64,000 nucleotides of DNA from a virus: IMG/VR virus record IMGVR_UViG_3300033143_002274, positions 1 through 64,000 of that record. One strand, written 5' to 3'. The position numbers and the translations under genes are program-made. A model generated the notes under the pieces. The model did no database searches, was not told where the DNA came from, and saw only the letters and a program-made list of their open reading frames with translations. This document shows, in pieces, positions 37,691 to 47,715 of the stretch (positions are counted from its first letter, which is position 1; each line of letters starts with the position of its first letter).

Positions 37691-38904
37691 TGGCTGAAAC
37701 TAAAAATATAGTTTTATTTGAAGAAAATTGGGTAGATAATTTTTACATAAAGTTAGAATCAACCCATGATACTGCCGCGTCTGGATTACAGATAAGCAGT
37801 ATTGGAGTCACCGAAACCCTGTCATCAGGATCACCCTTCTTGGTTATGTATATACAAGACGCATTTGGTGATTTGATTAACCATACTTATATTTCTCCTG
37901 ATGCGGTTTATGATTTATACATAGGGAAAGACAAAGATGATAATACAAAAAGTTCATTTTCTATGTCAGTTAATAATATGGAGAATGTCCATGTTGGTAA
38001 GACTGAAACGATTGCATTAGATTTAACATTCATGAGTGACAAGTGGAATAAATTTATAAGAGAAGCACATTCGCGCTCATGGAAAGACACATCATATAGT
38101 GATGTTGTAAAAGACATAATTACTGAAAATGAATTTAGTGATGTGGACGTGGAAACTACCCAAGGTAGGTATGATGTAATTCAGCCTAATTGGAGTAACA
38201 TGAAATTTGTAAAATGGTTATCACAGCAAGCGGTTAACACTGAGGGTAACACCGGATATGATTTCGGAGTTACATTGGACAACAGAATGATTTTTAAATC
38301 ACTGGATACTCTATACAAAAGTAAACCGAAAAGATCAGTGATACTTGCTGCTCCTAACAATGAATTTGAATTTTCATTTCATAATTTTTCAATCAAACAA
38401 AATTATGCTCCTATGATAATTCAGGGTGCAGGTGGATTGACCTATACGTATTTTGATTATGATACTAAAACATATATCACTGACACAAAAACCGTTGAAG
38501 ATTCTGGCACAAGACAATTATCCGATTGGGCATTCATAGCAGAAAGTCACAATACTGCAACAAAAATACATGATGGGGGGCGTGATATTGATACCCCGAC
38601 AGTAGCAGAATCAAAGATAACATCTGTTGCTAACTCTATACAGAAGGTATCTATCAATATGGTAGGTGATTTTGACCTGCATATAGGGGATGTCATCAAT
38701 ATTTTAATTCCGTCATCTGAATTTTCAACAACATTATTGAATGAAAAGTATTCTGGGTACTGGTTGATTGGTGAGATATTACAAGATGTTGATTTTGTTA
38801 ACAAAACATTTCAATCTAATATTACTCTTATTCGTGCTGGGATAAACGGAACAGAACTAAAAGGATTAGTTAAGACTACTAAAGGAAAACAGTTAGGTAA
38901 ATAA
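37690..38904 (+). CDS. baseplate hub (gp27-like)
   Basis: IQPNWS, GD.I.I, YSGYWLI; position before gp5. Confidence 0.8.
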   Translation: MAETKNIVLFEENWVDNFYIKLESTHDTAASGLQISSIGVTETLSSGSPFLVMYIQDAFGDLINHTYISPDAVYDLYIGKDKDDNTKSSFSMSVNNMENVHVGKTETIALDLTFMSDKWNKFIREAHSRSWKDTSYSDVVKDIITENEFSDVDVETTQGRYDVIQPNWSNMKFVKWLSQQAVNTEGNTGYDFGVTLDNRMIFKSLDTLYKSKPKRSVILAAPNNEFEFSFHNFSIKQNYAPMIIQGAGGLTYTYFDYDTKTYITDTKTVEDSGTRQLSDWAFIAESHNTATKIHDGGRDIDTPTVAESKITSVANSIQKVSINMVGDFDLHIGDVINILIPSSEFSTTLLNEKYSGYWLIGEILQDVDFVNKTFQSNITLIRAGINGTELKGLVKTTKGKQLGK

Positions 38905-38908
38905 GGAT

Positions 38909-39634
38909 ATGAAACTAGATGTATTAATGGAACGTATCAGCCTCAGTGGAGCAAATGATGATATTGATGAAATGGATGATGCCTATGATGAATTGGCATT
39001 GCTTAATCTTGCGTTCAAAAAAAATGATTTGGGCATTTTGATAAACAAACAGGGTGACAACCTTGATATGAATGATGTCCGTGAAATCAAACGAAAACTT
39101 GCAGGTATAATACGTAGCAATCCAATCATTGATGGGTCAGATGTTAAACGTGGTCGTGATGGATATGAAAAATTAAGATTGATTGGTCGTGGGGTTGGTC
39201 ATGGATTAGAACTTACGGCAACAGCAGCATTGACCGGAGCATTAGGAGCACTAACCGTTACGTCTGTGGGTGTACCCATTGTATCAATATTAAGCGGTAC
39301 AGCAGCAGTAGGCGCAGCAGCATTAGCAAAACACCAGTTCGGCATTCTTGGTAGCTTAAAAGCAACGTCACGTCTTATAGATGCTCTGGATGCGTATGAA
39401 GACTTGAACCCCAAAGCACGAAAGCGGTCTTTCTTGAAACGGTTGGTTGATAAACTTACATTCAAATCTAAAGATGAAATCAAAAAAGACACACTTAAAC
39501 AAATAAAGAATGCAAGCAAAAAAGCACAACGTAAATTTGAAAAAAGTATGAAGGGATTCCCGCGATACATTGAATACCACGAAGGTGGCGAAGTTAAGAA
39601 GATAGCAGTTGCAACCTTATTTAAAGATTTATAA
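38909..39634 (+). CDS. putative internal/ejected protein with hydrophobic hairpin
   Basis: MKLDVLME N-terminus; Ala/Gly-rich segment then Lys-rich tail. Confidence 0.65.
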   Translation: MKLDVLMERISLSGANDDIDEMDDAYDELALLNLAFKKNDLGILINKQGDNLDMNDVREIKRKLAGIIRSNPIIDGSDVKRGRDGYEKLRLIGRGVGHGLELTATAALTGALGALTVTSVGVPIVSILSGTAAVGAAALAKHQFGILGSLKATSRLIDALDAYEDLNPKARKRSFLKRLVDKLTFKSKDEIKKDTLKQIKNASKKAQRKFEKSMKGFPRYIEYHEGGEVKKIAVATLFKDL

Positions 39635-40407
39635 TGTACAACCAATTAGTTGACAGAGAATTAACATCTGATAAGTTTGATGGTTTTTACAGGGGAATTG
39701 TAAAAGATGTCAGTGATCCTAAAGAAAGTGGTCGGATTCGCATTCAGGTTTTTCCTATGTTTGCTGGTGTTACTGATGATGTTCTCCCTTGGGCTATCCC
39801 TGCTGATTCAACATTTGGTGGATCGGCAAATGTAGGCAGCATTAATGTCCCTATTGTTGGGAGTCATGTATTCTGCTTCTTTGAGAATGGTGATTTCCGT
39901 TTCCCTGTCTATTTTGCGTCTGCTCCCGCCATACAAAACGATGTCCCAGATGTTCCTACATTATCACGTGAAGACGATGGTACTGTTGCGGCAATCAACA
40001 CAACACGTTCTCAGGGAGTTTCAACTGCATTTGGTGGAACATGGGATGAACCAGCAAGCGCATATGCTGCGGTATATCCACAAAATAAAGTATTCAGATC
40101 TGAAAAAGGTATTGTGATTGAGATTGATGACACCACTGATAATGTCAGATTTCATGTGTATCATCCAAGCGGAACACGCATAGAAACAGATGATGACGGG
40201 AATGTGACAGAACATGTTTCCGCTATCAAAACCACTGTCGTAATCAACGACAACAACATTGAAGTAAAGGGAAACCAGAATACCACTACAGGTGGGAGTC
40301 ATGGTGTCAAGATTGGTACTAACGGCAAAATTACTGTTGGTGGGAATTATGATATCGTTGTCAGTGGTGTTTGTAATGTTACTGCTACCACAATCAATCT
40401 AAATTAA
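39634..40407 (+). CDS. baseplate spike (gp5-like, no lysozyme domain)
   Basis: YRGIV....DP...GRIR, LPWA.P, FENGD..FP, IEIDDT, HPSGT, beta-helix repeats. Confidence 0.9.
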   Translation: MYNQLVDRELTSDKFDGFYRGIVKDVSDPKESGRIRIQVFPMFAGVTDDVLPWAIPADSTFGGSANVGSINVPIVGSHVFCFFENGDFRFPVYFASAPAIQNDVPDVPTLSREDDGTVAAINTTRSQGVSTAFGGTWDEPASAYAAVYPQNKVFRSEKGIVIEIDDTTDNVRFHVYHPSGTRIETDDDGNVTEHVSAIKTTVVINDNNIEVKGNQNTTTGGSHGVKIGTNGKITVGGNYDIVVSGVCNVTATTINLN

Positions 40408-40425
40408 AATAGATAAATACTGTTT

Positions 40426-40845
40426 ATGGCGATTGATCCTAACAGTAAACTAAATCTTTATAAAAATGAAATCAGTGAATTATACAGTGATCTTGATTTT
40501 AGTTTGTCAAGAAACACAGCAGGTAATGTTGTTATTGTAAAAAATATTGATTGTATTTCTCAATCTATTAAAACAATTTTATCAACCACGCCGGGCGAAC
40601 GCTTAATGCTCCCTGAATTTGGCAGCAATCTTAAAGAGTATGTGTTTGAACAGTTGGACAGTGGCACAACAGAATTAATTATATCCGAAGTAGAAACAGC
40701 ACTAGAACGTTGGGAAGACAGAATTGCGGTTATAGATGTGGCAGTGGAAGAAGATCCAGATGGTAATACTATTATACTTACCGTTGAATATTCTATAAAC
40801 GCCACAGGTGAAGTGGATAACTTCATCGGGAAAATAAAAACATAA
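40426..40845 (+). CDS. gp25: baseplate wedge gp25-like
   Basis: IL.T.PGER...PEFGS, WE.RI. Confidence 0.93.
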   Translation: MAIDPNSKLNLYKNEISELYSDLDFSLSRNTAGNVVIVKNIDCISQSIKTILSTTPGERLMLPEFGSNLKEYVFEQLDSGTTELIISEVETALERWEDRIAVIDVAVEEDPDGNTIILTVEYSINATGEVDNFIGKIKT

Positions 40846-40857
40846 TGGAAAAAAGTA

Positions 40858-43800
40858 ATGCCTTTTGATTATACAGATTATTCATATGATGAATTAGTAC
40901 AAGAAGTAACACGTCTTGTGTCGGATAAAGATGAATGGAAGGATGCTTACCAATCATCTACTGGTCAAGTATTGATTCAGGTTGTTGCGGCAATAACAGA
41001 TCAACTACATTATATGTTAGAACGTAGGTCACAAGAGAATTTCTTACCGACTGCCAGATTACAAACCTCTGTTAATGCCATTGTTAACATGATGGGCTAC
41101 AGACCCCAACGTAAGATATCTTCATCTGGAACATTAACATTGACGTTGGTTGATGGTAATGGAGTCCCTGTTCAGAACACCGACACAATTGTTATTCCGA
41201 AGTATTCTAAACTGACATTTGATGATGATGTTTTTGTTAATGTTGAAGATATCACATTACTCCCAACACAAACATACCCGTACACTTTCTCTATTAAAGA
41301 AGGTACTGCCATAGCAACAACATTTGATCCATCAGATATTACTGGTACGTTATACCTAAGTAATTATGTTGAGATTGATGATTATCTTAGTATTGAAAAT
41401 ACCAGTTTTTATATTTTCACAGCAACACAAACATTCATTGATGTGATTGAACGGGTGGGTACAGATGCACCCATTGATTCTTTGAGTTTCGCAAATGCAA
41501 CAGACAAAGTATATGATGTTAATAACACCAACAGTGGATTAAGATTATTGTTTGGTGATGGTTCTTCAGGAGAAAAACCAACAGGAACTCTAAATGTGAA
41601 ATACATAGAATCTACTGGTGATGCGGTTGCGGTTGTTACCACAGGTAATGATTTTTTGTTTGATGATTTCCCAACTGAGTTAGTAGATGACTCAGCAGCA
41701 ACATACAAATACACATTGTCAAATACCACTAATATAGATGGTGGCTCAAACGAAGAAACAATCGAAAGTGTTAAACTGAATGCACCTGCCTACGTTAGAA
41801 CTGCCAACAGAGCAGCATCGAAAGATGATTATGTTTTTTGGGTTAACCAATCAAACATAGGAAGTATTGTTGGTGCTAATGCCTATGGCGAAGAAGAAAT
41901 TGGTATATCAGTAATTAATGCCAACAACGTATACATAGTTTATCTGACTACTAATGGACTTCCAATGAATTCTACTGACTTGGCGTTATTAGATAGTTAT
42001 ATGGATAATTATAAAATCATAACGGCACAGACTATATATGAAGCCGCAACCGTAATACCATTACAAATCAAATTTAAAGTTAAACGTGACTTAACATTAT
42101 CTGCATCAAACGCTGAAATTTATGATGTTATATCCAATGAGCTAATTAACTATTTTGCTTTTTGTGATCAATCATTAGATAAGGATGTTAATCATTCTGA
42201 ACTGATTGATCATTTCCATGATTTTACCATTGTCAAGAGTGGTGTAAACAAACTAATAGCAGATTATATCAACATAGATATCAAAGCACTTTATGCTTTT
42301 TCTGTGGCATGGGAATCAGTTAATGATATTGATGTTACCTTTACATATGGTGTTGATACTGATGTGTACACAATACTTATAAATGACATTCCTTATTCTT
42401 ATACTGCACAAGGTGGTGATACAGTAACTGAAGTTGTTGGGAAGATGCATCAACTCCTTTCATTAGATTTGAACGTTGATTCTTCAGTTGCATCTAATGT
42501 TATTACTTTGTCGCGTAACACGTCAACTACCGAAAACTTATTAATCTATAGTGAAGATTTAACAAATGCTGCATGGGTAACAACCGGAACAATCACTGTT
42601 ACTGATGATGCTGTGGAAGCACCTAATGGTCTTACCGCAGCAACAACTTTAAATGATACTGATGCTGGGGTAGCATCTTTCATAAAACAAACTGCTTCGA
42701 TGGCACAAGACAGTGATATCAAATCAGTTTCAGTATATGCTAAGAAAGATGCAGACACCAGTAGATTCCCTGCAATATACTTTGCACACAGTGGTGGAAC
42801 ACCTGTCAGTAGTTTTGTTTCTGTTAATACTCAGACAGGAGCAACATCGGTAATTTCTGGTGCTACCCCTACTATCGTCACTGAAAGTTTTGAAGACTAT
42901 TGGAGAATAAGTCTGTCATTACAGAACAACTCAACAAATGACACCATTGAACTTGGTCTTTATCCTGCATACTCAACCACATTAGGTGGTGCAGTAGATG
43001 TGACACTAACTGGATCTGTTGATATGTTTGGAACACAAGCAGAAAACAAAGCAACAGTTGGTAAGTACATAAGAACAACAACAAAACCAATTACACTTGC
43101 TTATGCTGAGAATGCTATAGAAAATAGATTGATATTCAATGAAGAATTGGATAACAGTGCATGGGTTAAAACTGGTACAACCATCACAAGTAATTCTCTT
43201 AATGATAGTGATGGTTATGCAACGGTAGATACTGTTACGTTTGCCGGTTCAGCTTCTGCTGAGACTGTTTCACAGACTGTGGCGAACGTTCACTCAGGTG
43301 AAACCTATACGTTTAAATGGAGAGCACAGCAAGGTACATTAAGCACAGCAGCATTTGGTGTGTATGATGTGACTAACAGTGCATGGATTGTTGACCCTGC
43401 AACCAACACAAAAACATTAACTGCCACTTTAGATTCTTTTGAGACTTCATTCATTGTTCCAGACACATGTACTTCAGTCAGAGTACATCCTGTTCAAAAT
43501 GATAATACAGCAGGAACAGTATATGTTGGGCAATCACATTTATTCCTGATTGGTAATTCAATGGATTACATAATGAGTCATGAGAAGCAAGCATTCTATT
43601 TTGATGATAGCTTCTTCGTCACCAACACAGGAACAACAACCGTTGCCAATGCGTTGATTAACATTCCAATTCAATTACCACTACCAGTACTTGATAATTC
43701 AGAAAACGATCAGTTGTTCTACCCAACCAGTATTGAAATTATCGAAAGTGATGGAACTATAATTGCAACTGATAATGGTTCTGGTGTTATATATGGTGGC

Positions 43801-43989
43801 ACAGTTGATTATGCATCAGGAGTCATAGACATACCTATCTTACCAGACAAAGATTATTACATAAGATATATGCAAAACGTTGACCAGAATTTTAACGCCA
43901 ACGAGAAACAAGCGTTTACTTACTCATTACCAAAGACAAGTTATACAACAGTAACTGAATTATTATCTACCATTGAGATTATAAGTTAA
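40858..43989 (+). CDS. baseplate wedge gp6-like with inserted carbohydrate-binding-like domains
   Basis: E.FL.TA...SV, FGDG..G..P, GG...E..ES.K.NAP, RA...DDY; two NLL.YSE..W modules. Confidence 0.9.
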   Translation: MPFDYTDYSYDELVQEVTRLVSDKDEWKDAYQSSTGQVLIQVVAAITDQLHYMLERRSQENFLPTARLQTSVNAIVNMMGYRPQRKISSSGTLTLTLVDGNGVPVQNTDTIVIPKYSKLTFDDDVFVNVEDITLLPTQTYPYTFSIKEGTAIATTFDPSDITGTLYLSNYVEIDDYLSIENTSFYIFTATQTFIDVIERVGTDAPIDSLSFANATDKVYDVNNTNSGLRLLFGDGSSGEKPTGTLNVKYIESTGDAVAVVTTGNDFLFDDFPTELVDDSAATYKYTLSNTTNIDGGSNEETIESVKLNAPAYVRTANRAASKDDYVFWVNQSNIGSIVGANAYGEEEIGISVINANNVYIVYLTTNGLPMNSTDLALLDSYMDNYKIITAQTIYEAATVIPLQIKFKVKRDLTLSASNAEIYDVISNELINYFAFCDQSLDKDVNHSELIDHFHDFTIVKSGVNKLIADYINIDIKALYAFSVAWESVNDIDVTFTYGVDTDVYTILINDIPYSYTAQGGDTVTEVVGKMHQLLSLDLNVDSSVASNVITLSRNTSTTENLLIYSEDLTNAAWVTTGTITVTDDAVEAPNGLTAATTLNDTDAGVASFIKQTASMAQDSDIKSVSVYAKKDADTSRFPAIYFAHSGGTPVSSFVSVNTQTGATSVISGATPTIVTESFEDYWRISLSLQNNSTNDTIELGLYPAYSTTLGGAVDVTLTGSVDMFGTQAENKATVGKYIRTTTKPITLAYAENAIENRLIFNEELDNSAWVKTGTTITSNSLNDSDGYATVDTVTFAGSASAETVSQTVANVHSGETYTFKWRAQQGTLSTAAFGVYDVTNSAWIVDPATNTKTLTATLDSFETSFIVPDTCTSVRVHPVQNDNTAGTVYVGQSHLFLIGNSMDYIMSHEKQAFYFDDSFFVTNTGTTTVANALINIPIQLPLPVLDNSENDQLFYPTSIEIIESDGTIIATDNGSGVIYGGTVDYASGVIDIPILPDKDYYIRYMQNVDQNFNANEKQAFTYSLPKTSYTTVTELLSTIEIIS

Positions 43990-45494
43990 TGGCACTGAAG
44001 GATGATCTTAAGAAGTATCTCCCACAATCACAACAAGGTAAATTAAGTCTTGATGAATTTATGGATGCTGTCGGTGAGTTACTTGATAACTTCAAAGACT
44101 CTATTGATGATTTTCAGACGTATAATGATTTTGAAAAAGTAAAAGAATCACAACTTGATAATCTGGCACAACAATTTGACATAGTTTATCCACGTAATAT
44201 GTCTGATGAACGCAAACGTAATTACTTACGTGATGTTGTAACCCTTTACAGATCTAAAGGTACTACCAAGTCAGTAGAACGTGTGTTCAAATTGATTGGT
44301 TGGCAAGTTTTAATTAAAGAATACTGGATTGTTAATCCTGATTGGTACACAAACCCAACTGACATATACACTATCACAAATGAAAGTGGGGCAACTTTCG
44401 ACTTGGGGTTATACGATACAATCAATGGTGATGATGAATTTTATCGAAATGATAAAATCTATATTGACTTGGTTGATGTATCAGGAAACGTTTATCCAAA
44501 GAGACAAATATATGGTGAACCATATCAGGCAACAGCCGATGTTAATTTCATCAAAGTACCCTACATCAAAATTATTGTTACGTCTGAAGATTTTGATTTG
44601 TTTACACAACCTTATACAGAAAATGGAAACACATATACTTACGACACCACAGAAGAATTCGAGATTCTTACTTATATTCGTAATTACTTCTTGGATGTTA
44701 TTCGTCCTGCTAATGTGGCAATACTTGAAATTTCAACTCCATTCCAGTTATCTGATACCTTTGTGTTTTTTGTTCATAGTGATACAGGTGGTGCAAGTAT
44801 AAGTGGTACACCAAATATATCTTTTAACAATGCTGACCCATATACAATAACTCGTGATGTCGGTGATTTTGTTGCTGATGGATTCTTAATTGAATCTTAC
44901 ATTAATGTCACCGGATCAACTAACAACAATAACAGATTCAAGATAAGATTGGTTACTGCTACCCAATTGACTTTGTACTATGAAACTCCATTAGTGACAG
45001 AATTGACAGTAAGTGGTGTGTCTATAATAGATGAAGGTCAAACTTTATCAACTATTAACAATGGGGCTACATATGATGGTACATCAATGTATGGTGCATA
45101 CAATATAGATCGATACATTATGGGTGAGACAATGGGTAATTTCCAATATGGTACTTCCCAAATAGATTATTATGGGGTGAAAGAAGACGCACCTGATCAA
45201 AATATTGCGACTAATTACGCCATTGGTACAGTTGGAAATCAAAAAAGAATATTGTTACGCAAGAACTCTGATATTGTGGTTACAGTACCTGCTGATGCAT
45301 CTATCACAATTTATGCAACAAGAGACTCACACGACACTGTGATAAACGGTTCTCCTGTATGGGCAGTAATTGCCATTGGAGTCACTAATGTCACTGCTCA
45401 AACTCATGTGATAACAGGGTACTTCTCGTTATTTGTTAAAATTGACACAGCATCTTCCACCGGAACAATCGACACCACCGTTAATTTGTATTGA
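43989..45494 (+). CDS. baseplate wedge gp7-like
   Basis: YRSKGT..S, RPA; follows gp6. Confidence 0.75.
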   Translation: MALKDDLKKYLPQSQQGKLSLDEFMDAVGELLDNFKDSIDDFQTYNDFEKVKESQLDNLAQQFDIVYPRNMSDERKRNYLRDVVTLYRSKGTTKSVERVFKLIGWQVLIKEYWIVNPDWYTNPTDIYTITNESGATFDLGLYDTINGDDEFYRNDKIYIDLVDVSGNVYPKRQIYGEPYQATADVNFIKVPYIKIIVTSEDFDLFTQPYTENGNTYTYDTTEEFEILTYIRNYFLDVIRPANVAILEISTPFQLSDTFVFFVHSDTGGASISGTPNISFNNADPYTITRDVGDFVADGFLIESYINVTGSTNNNNRFKIRLVTATQLTLYYETPLVTELTVSGVSIIDEGQTLSTINNGATYDGTSMYGAYNIDRYIMGETMGNFQYGTSQIDYYGVKEDAPDQNIATNYAIGTVGNQKRILLRKNSDIVVTVPADASITIYATRDSHDTVINGSPVWAVIAIGVTNVTAQTHVITGYFSLFVKIDTASSTGTIDTTVNLY

Positions 45495-45505
45495 TAAATA
45501 CAACC

Positions 45506-46264
45506 ATGATTAATAAATTTATAGATAATATTCCAACCAATATACATGGTGAGTTCGAACTAAAAATAATTGAAAAATCGACAGGTAATGTTATTGATTC
45601 ATATGAAGACAAAAATATCATTGTACTTGATTCAAAATCAGCAATTATAAGTGCAATATCAACCACTAACAACAATGGGGTTATTGAGGTATTGAAAGTG
45701 GGGAGTGATGTGGGTGATCCAGTATCAATGACCGGAACACCAAATCTTAATTTTGTTGATTCAAATCCAGATACAATAGTTCGTACCACTGGTAGTTGGG
45801 TGACTGATGGTTTCATAGATGAAATGGTAATAACCATAACAAGTTCAACCAGTAATAATACAACGTATACTATTGATTCTGTTACTGCAACCACACTCAC
45901 CTTAATTAGTGGTGACACAATTGTAGTTGAAACTGGTAGTTCTGGTGTATCAGTTTCTGGCGCACCTTCCTTAGATAATCCAATACCACCATCAGACACA
46001 TATAACGCAAGTACAATGTCTATTATATATACTGATCCCGACCCATTCACTGTTGGGTATTCTAATTCTACATCAGTTACATTCAGTTCAACTATATCGG
46101 GTGTAGACGTAATGACTTATTACCCACTTGATATAACTAAAATAATCACAAGTGCTGCATTACATACTGGTAATACTAATGTGTTTGCCTATAAACGATT
46201 CCCCCAAAAATCAATATCCAAATTAGTTGATATATTGGTTAACTGGACGATAAAATTTGATTGA
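45506..46264 (+). CDS. baseplate/tail-fibre attachment protein
   Basis: N.IV, FAYKRFP...I......VNW.I; start 5 nt after ATAAATA. Confidence 0.7.
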   Translation: MINKFIDNIPTNIHGEFELKIIEKSTGNVIDSYEDKNIIVLDSKSAIISAISTTNNNGVIEVLKVGSDVGDPVSMTGTPNLNFVDSNPDTIVRTTGSWVTDGFIDEMVITITSSTSNNTTYTIDSVTATTLTLISGDTIVVETGSSGVSVSGAPSLDNPIPPSDTYNASTMSIIYTDPDPFTVGYSNSTSVTFSSTISGVDVMTYYPLDITKIITSAALHTGNTNVFAYKRFPQKSISKLVDILVNWTIKFD

Positions 46265-46289
46265 TAAATAAATTAAAAGGGGACATAGG

Positions 46290-46652
46290 ATGATTAAAGT
46301 AACGATAGATACTATTTTGAAAAGTGTGGGCGCATTAAAAGATTTGTCTGACAAAGATATAAGTATCAATATCAGTATAAAATTAGTTAAGGCGTTAAAA
46401 GAACTTAATACAGTAATAGAAGTTTTTGAACAAAGTCGTAATGGGCTTTTTAAAAAGTATGGTGGTGAAGAAAATGATGATGGCACTATTACCATATTAG
46501 AAGAACACAGTAAAACCTTTAATCAGGAATACAATAATTTAACCAAAGAAATAGTAGAAGTAGATTTTGATAAGTTTGATATTGAAGTGTTTGGTGAGGT
46601 CAATATCAAAACATCTACATTACTGTTGTTAGATTGGTTAATCGAAATTTAA
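46290..46652 (+). CDS. hypothetical protein
   Basis: ORF with SD. Confidence 0.7.
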   Translation: MIKVTIDTILKSVGALKDLSDKDISINISIKLVKALKELNTVIEVFEQSRNGLFKKYGGEENDDGTITILEEHSKTFNQEYNNLTKEIVEVDFDKFDIEVFGEVNIKTSTLLLLDWLIEI

Positions 46653-46665
46653 CAGGAATAAGCAA

Positions 46666-47715
46666 ATGGCATTACTAATAAAAACCGCAATAACACCTAT
46701 CATATCAGGAGACATAGTTGAACCTACTGTTGCTAATGAACCTCATGATGATTTGGAAACAAACATTGATACGTTGATTGATTATATAAAAAACACACCA
46801 AGTGGTTGGTTTGAATATGATGATGTCAACAGTACCGGATTAACATTTAATTATGATGGTGGTGTGTATAATAACCAAAATGTCCCATATGATATTTCTG
46901 CGGGGACTCGTTCTTTGGGTGCATCAGTAACAAGTTATGTTGAGATAGATTCTTCTACGAATACAATATCACATAACACATCAAGTTTTAGTGCGGCTAA
47001 CATTCCTTTATGGGAAGTAGTCACAGACGGAAGCAGTATCACAGGAACTACTGACAGACGTTCTCCTTTCTTTTTGAGAACTACGCGGGGGGTTACTGAT
47101 ACAGCAACAACAGTACAGGTGGCAATTACTGATACCAATGTAACATTCAGTAATGATATTGTGTACACTAACGCATCTATATCTGGTGCAGTAACTTATG
47201 CTATCCGTCCTGCGTTTGATGGGGGTACATCAGGATCAACATCACCATTCACTGTAGACAGTACACAAGTCGTAACTAACTTAAATGCAGATTTACTTGA
47301 TGGTTTAGATCAAGGTGATTTTATTCGAAGTAATTTAGCAGATACTATAAGTGGTGTACTTACTTTTAATGCAATACCACTTTTCAATGGTGGTACATCA
47401 GGAGCATCATCACCGTTCACTGTAGACAGTACACAAGTCGTAACTAACTTAAATGCAGATTTACTTGATGACATTCAAGGAGCATCATATGCACGAAGTG
47501 ATGCTGCTGATACTATATCTGCGATACATACACACACAGCAAGACCAGCATTCAATGGTGGTACATCAGGATCAACATCACCATTCACTGTAGACAGTAC
47601 ACAAGTCGTAACTAACTTAAATGCAGATAGATGGGATGGTGGACATAAAACTGTATCTACCGCAGCACCCACAGGCGGCACAGACCTTGATGTATGGTTT
47701 GAGTACACTGTCTAA
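46666..47715 (+). CDS. tail fibre protein (proximal)
   Basis: Three VTNLNAD.LD repeats; C-terminal APTGG..DVW. Confidence 0.85.
   Translation: MALLIKTAITPIISGDIVEPTVANEPHDDLETNIDTLIDYIKNTPSGWFEYDDVNSTGLTFNYDGGVYNNQNVPYDISAGTRSLGASVTSYVEIDSSTNTISHNTSSFSAANIPLWEVVTDGSSITGTTDRRSPFFLRTTRGVTDTATTVQVAITDTNVTFSNDIVYTNASISGAVTYAIRPAFDGGTSGSTSPFTVDSTQVVTNLNADLLDGLDQGDFIRSNLADTISGVLTFNAIPLFNGGTSGASSPFTVDSTQVVTNLNADLLDDIQGASYARSDAADTISAIHTHTARPAFNGGTSGSTSPFTVDSTQVVTNLNADRWDGGHKTVSTAAPTGGTDLDVWFEYTV
47224..47628 (+). repeat. three near-identical ~70-bp repeats with a 168-bp period in the fibre gene
   Basis: ggtacatcagga...ttcactgtagacagtacacaagtcgtaactaacttaaatgcagat at 47224, 47392, 47560. Confidence 0.95.
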
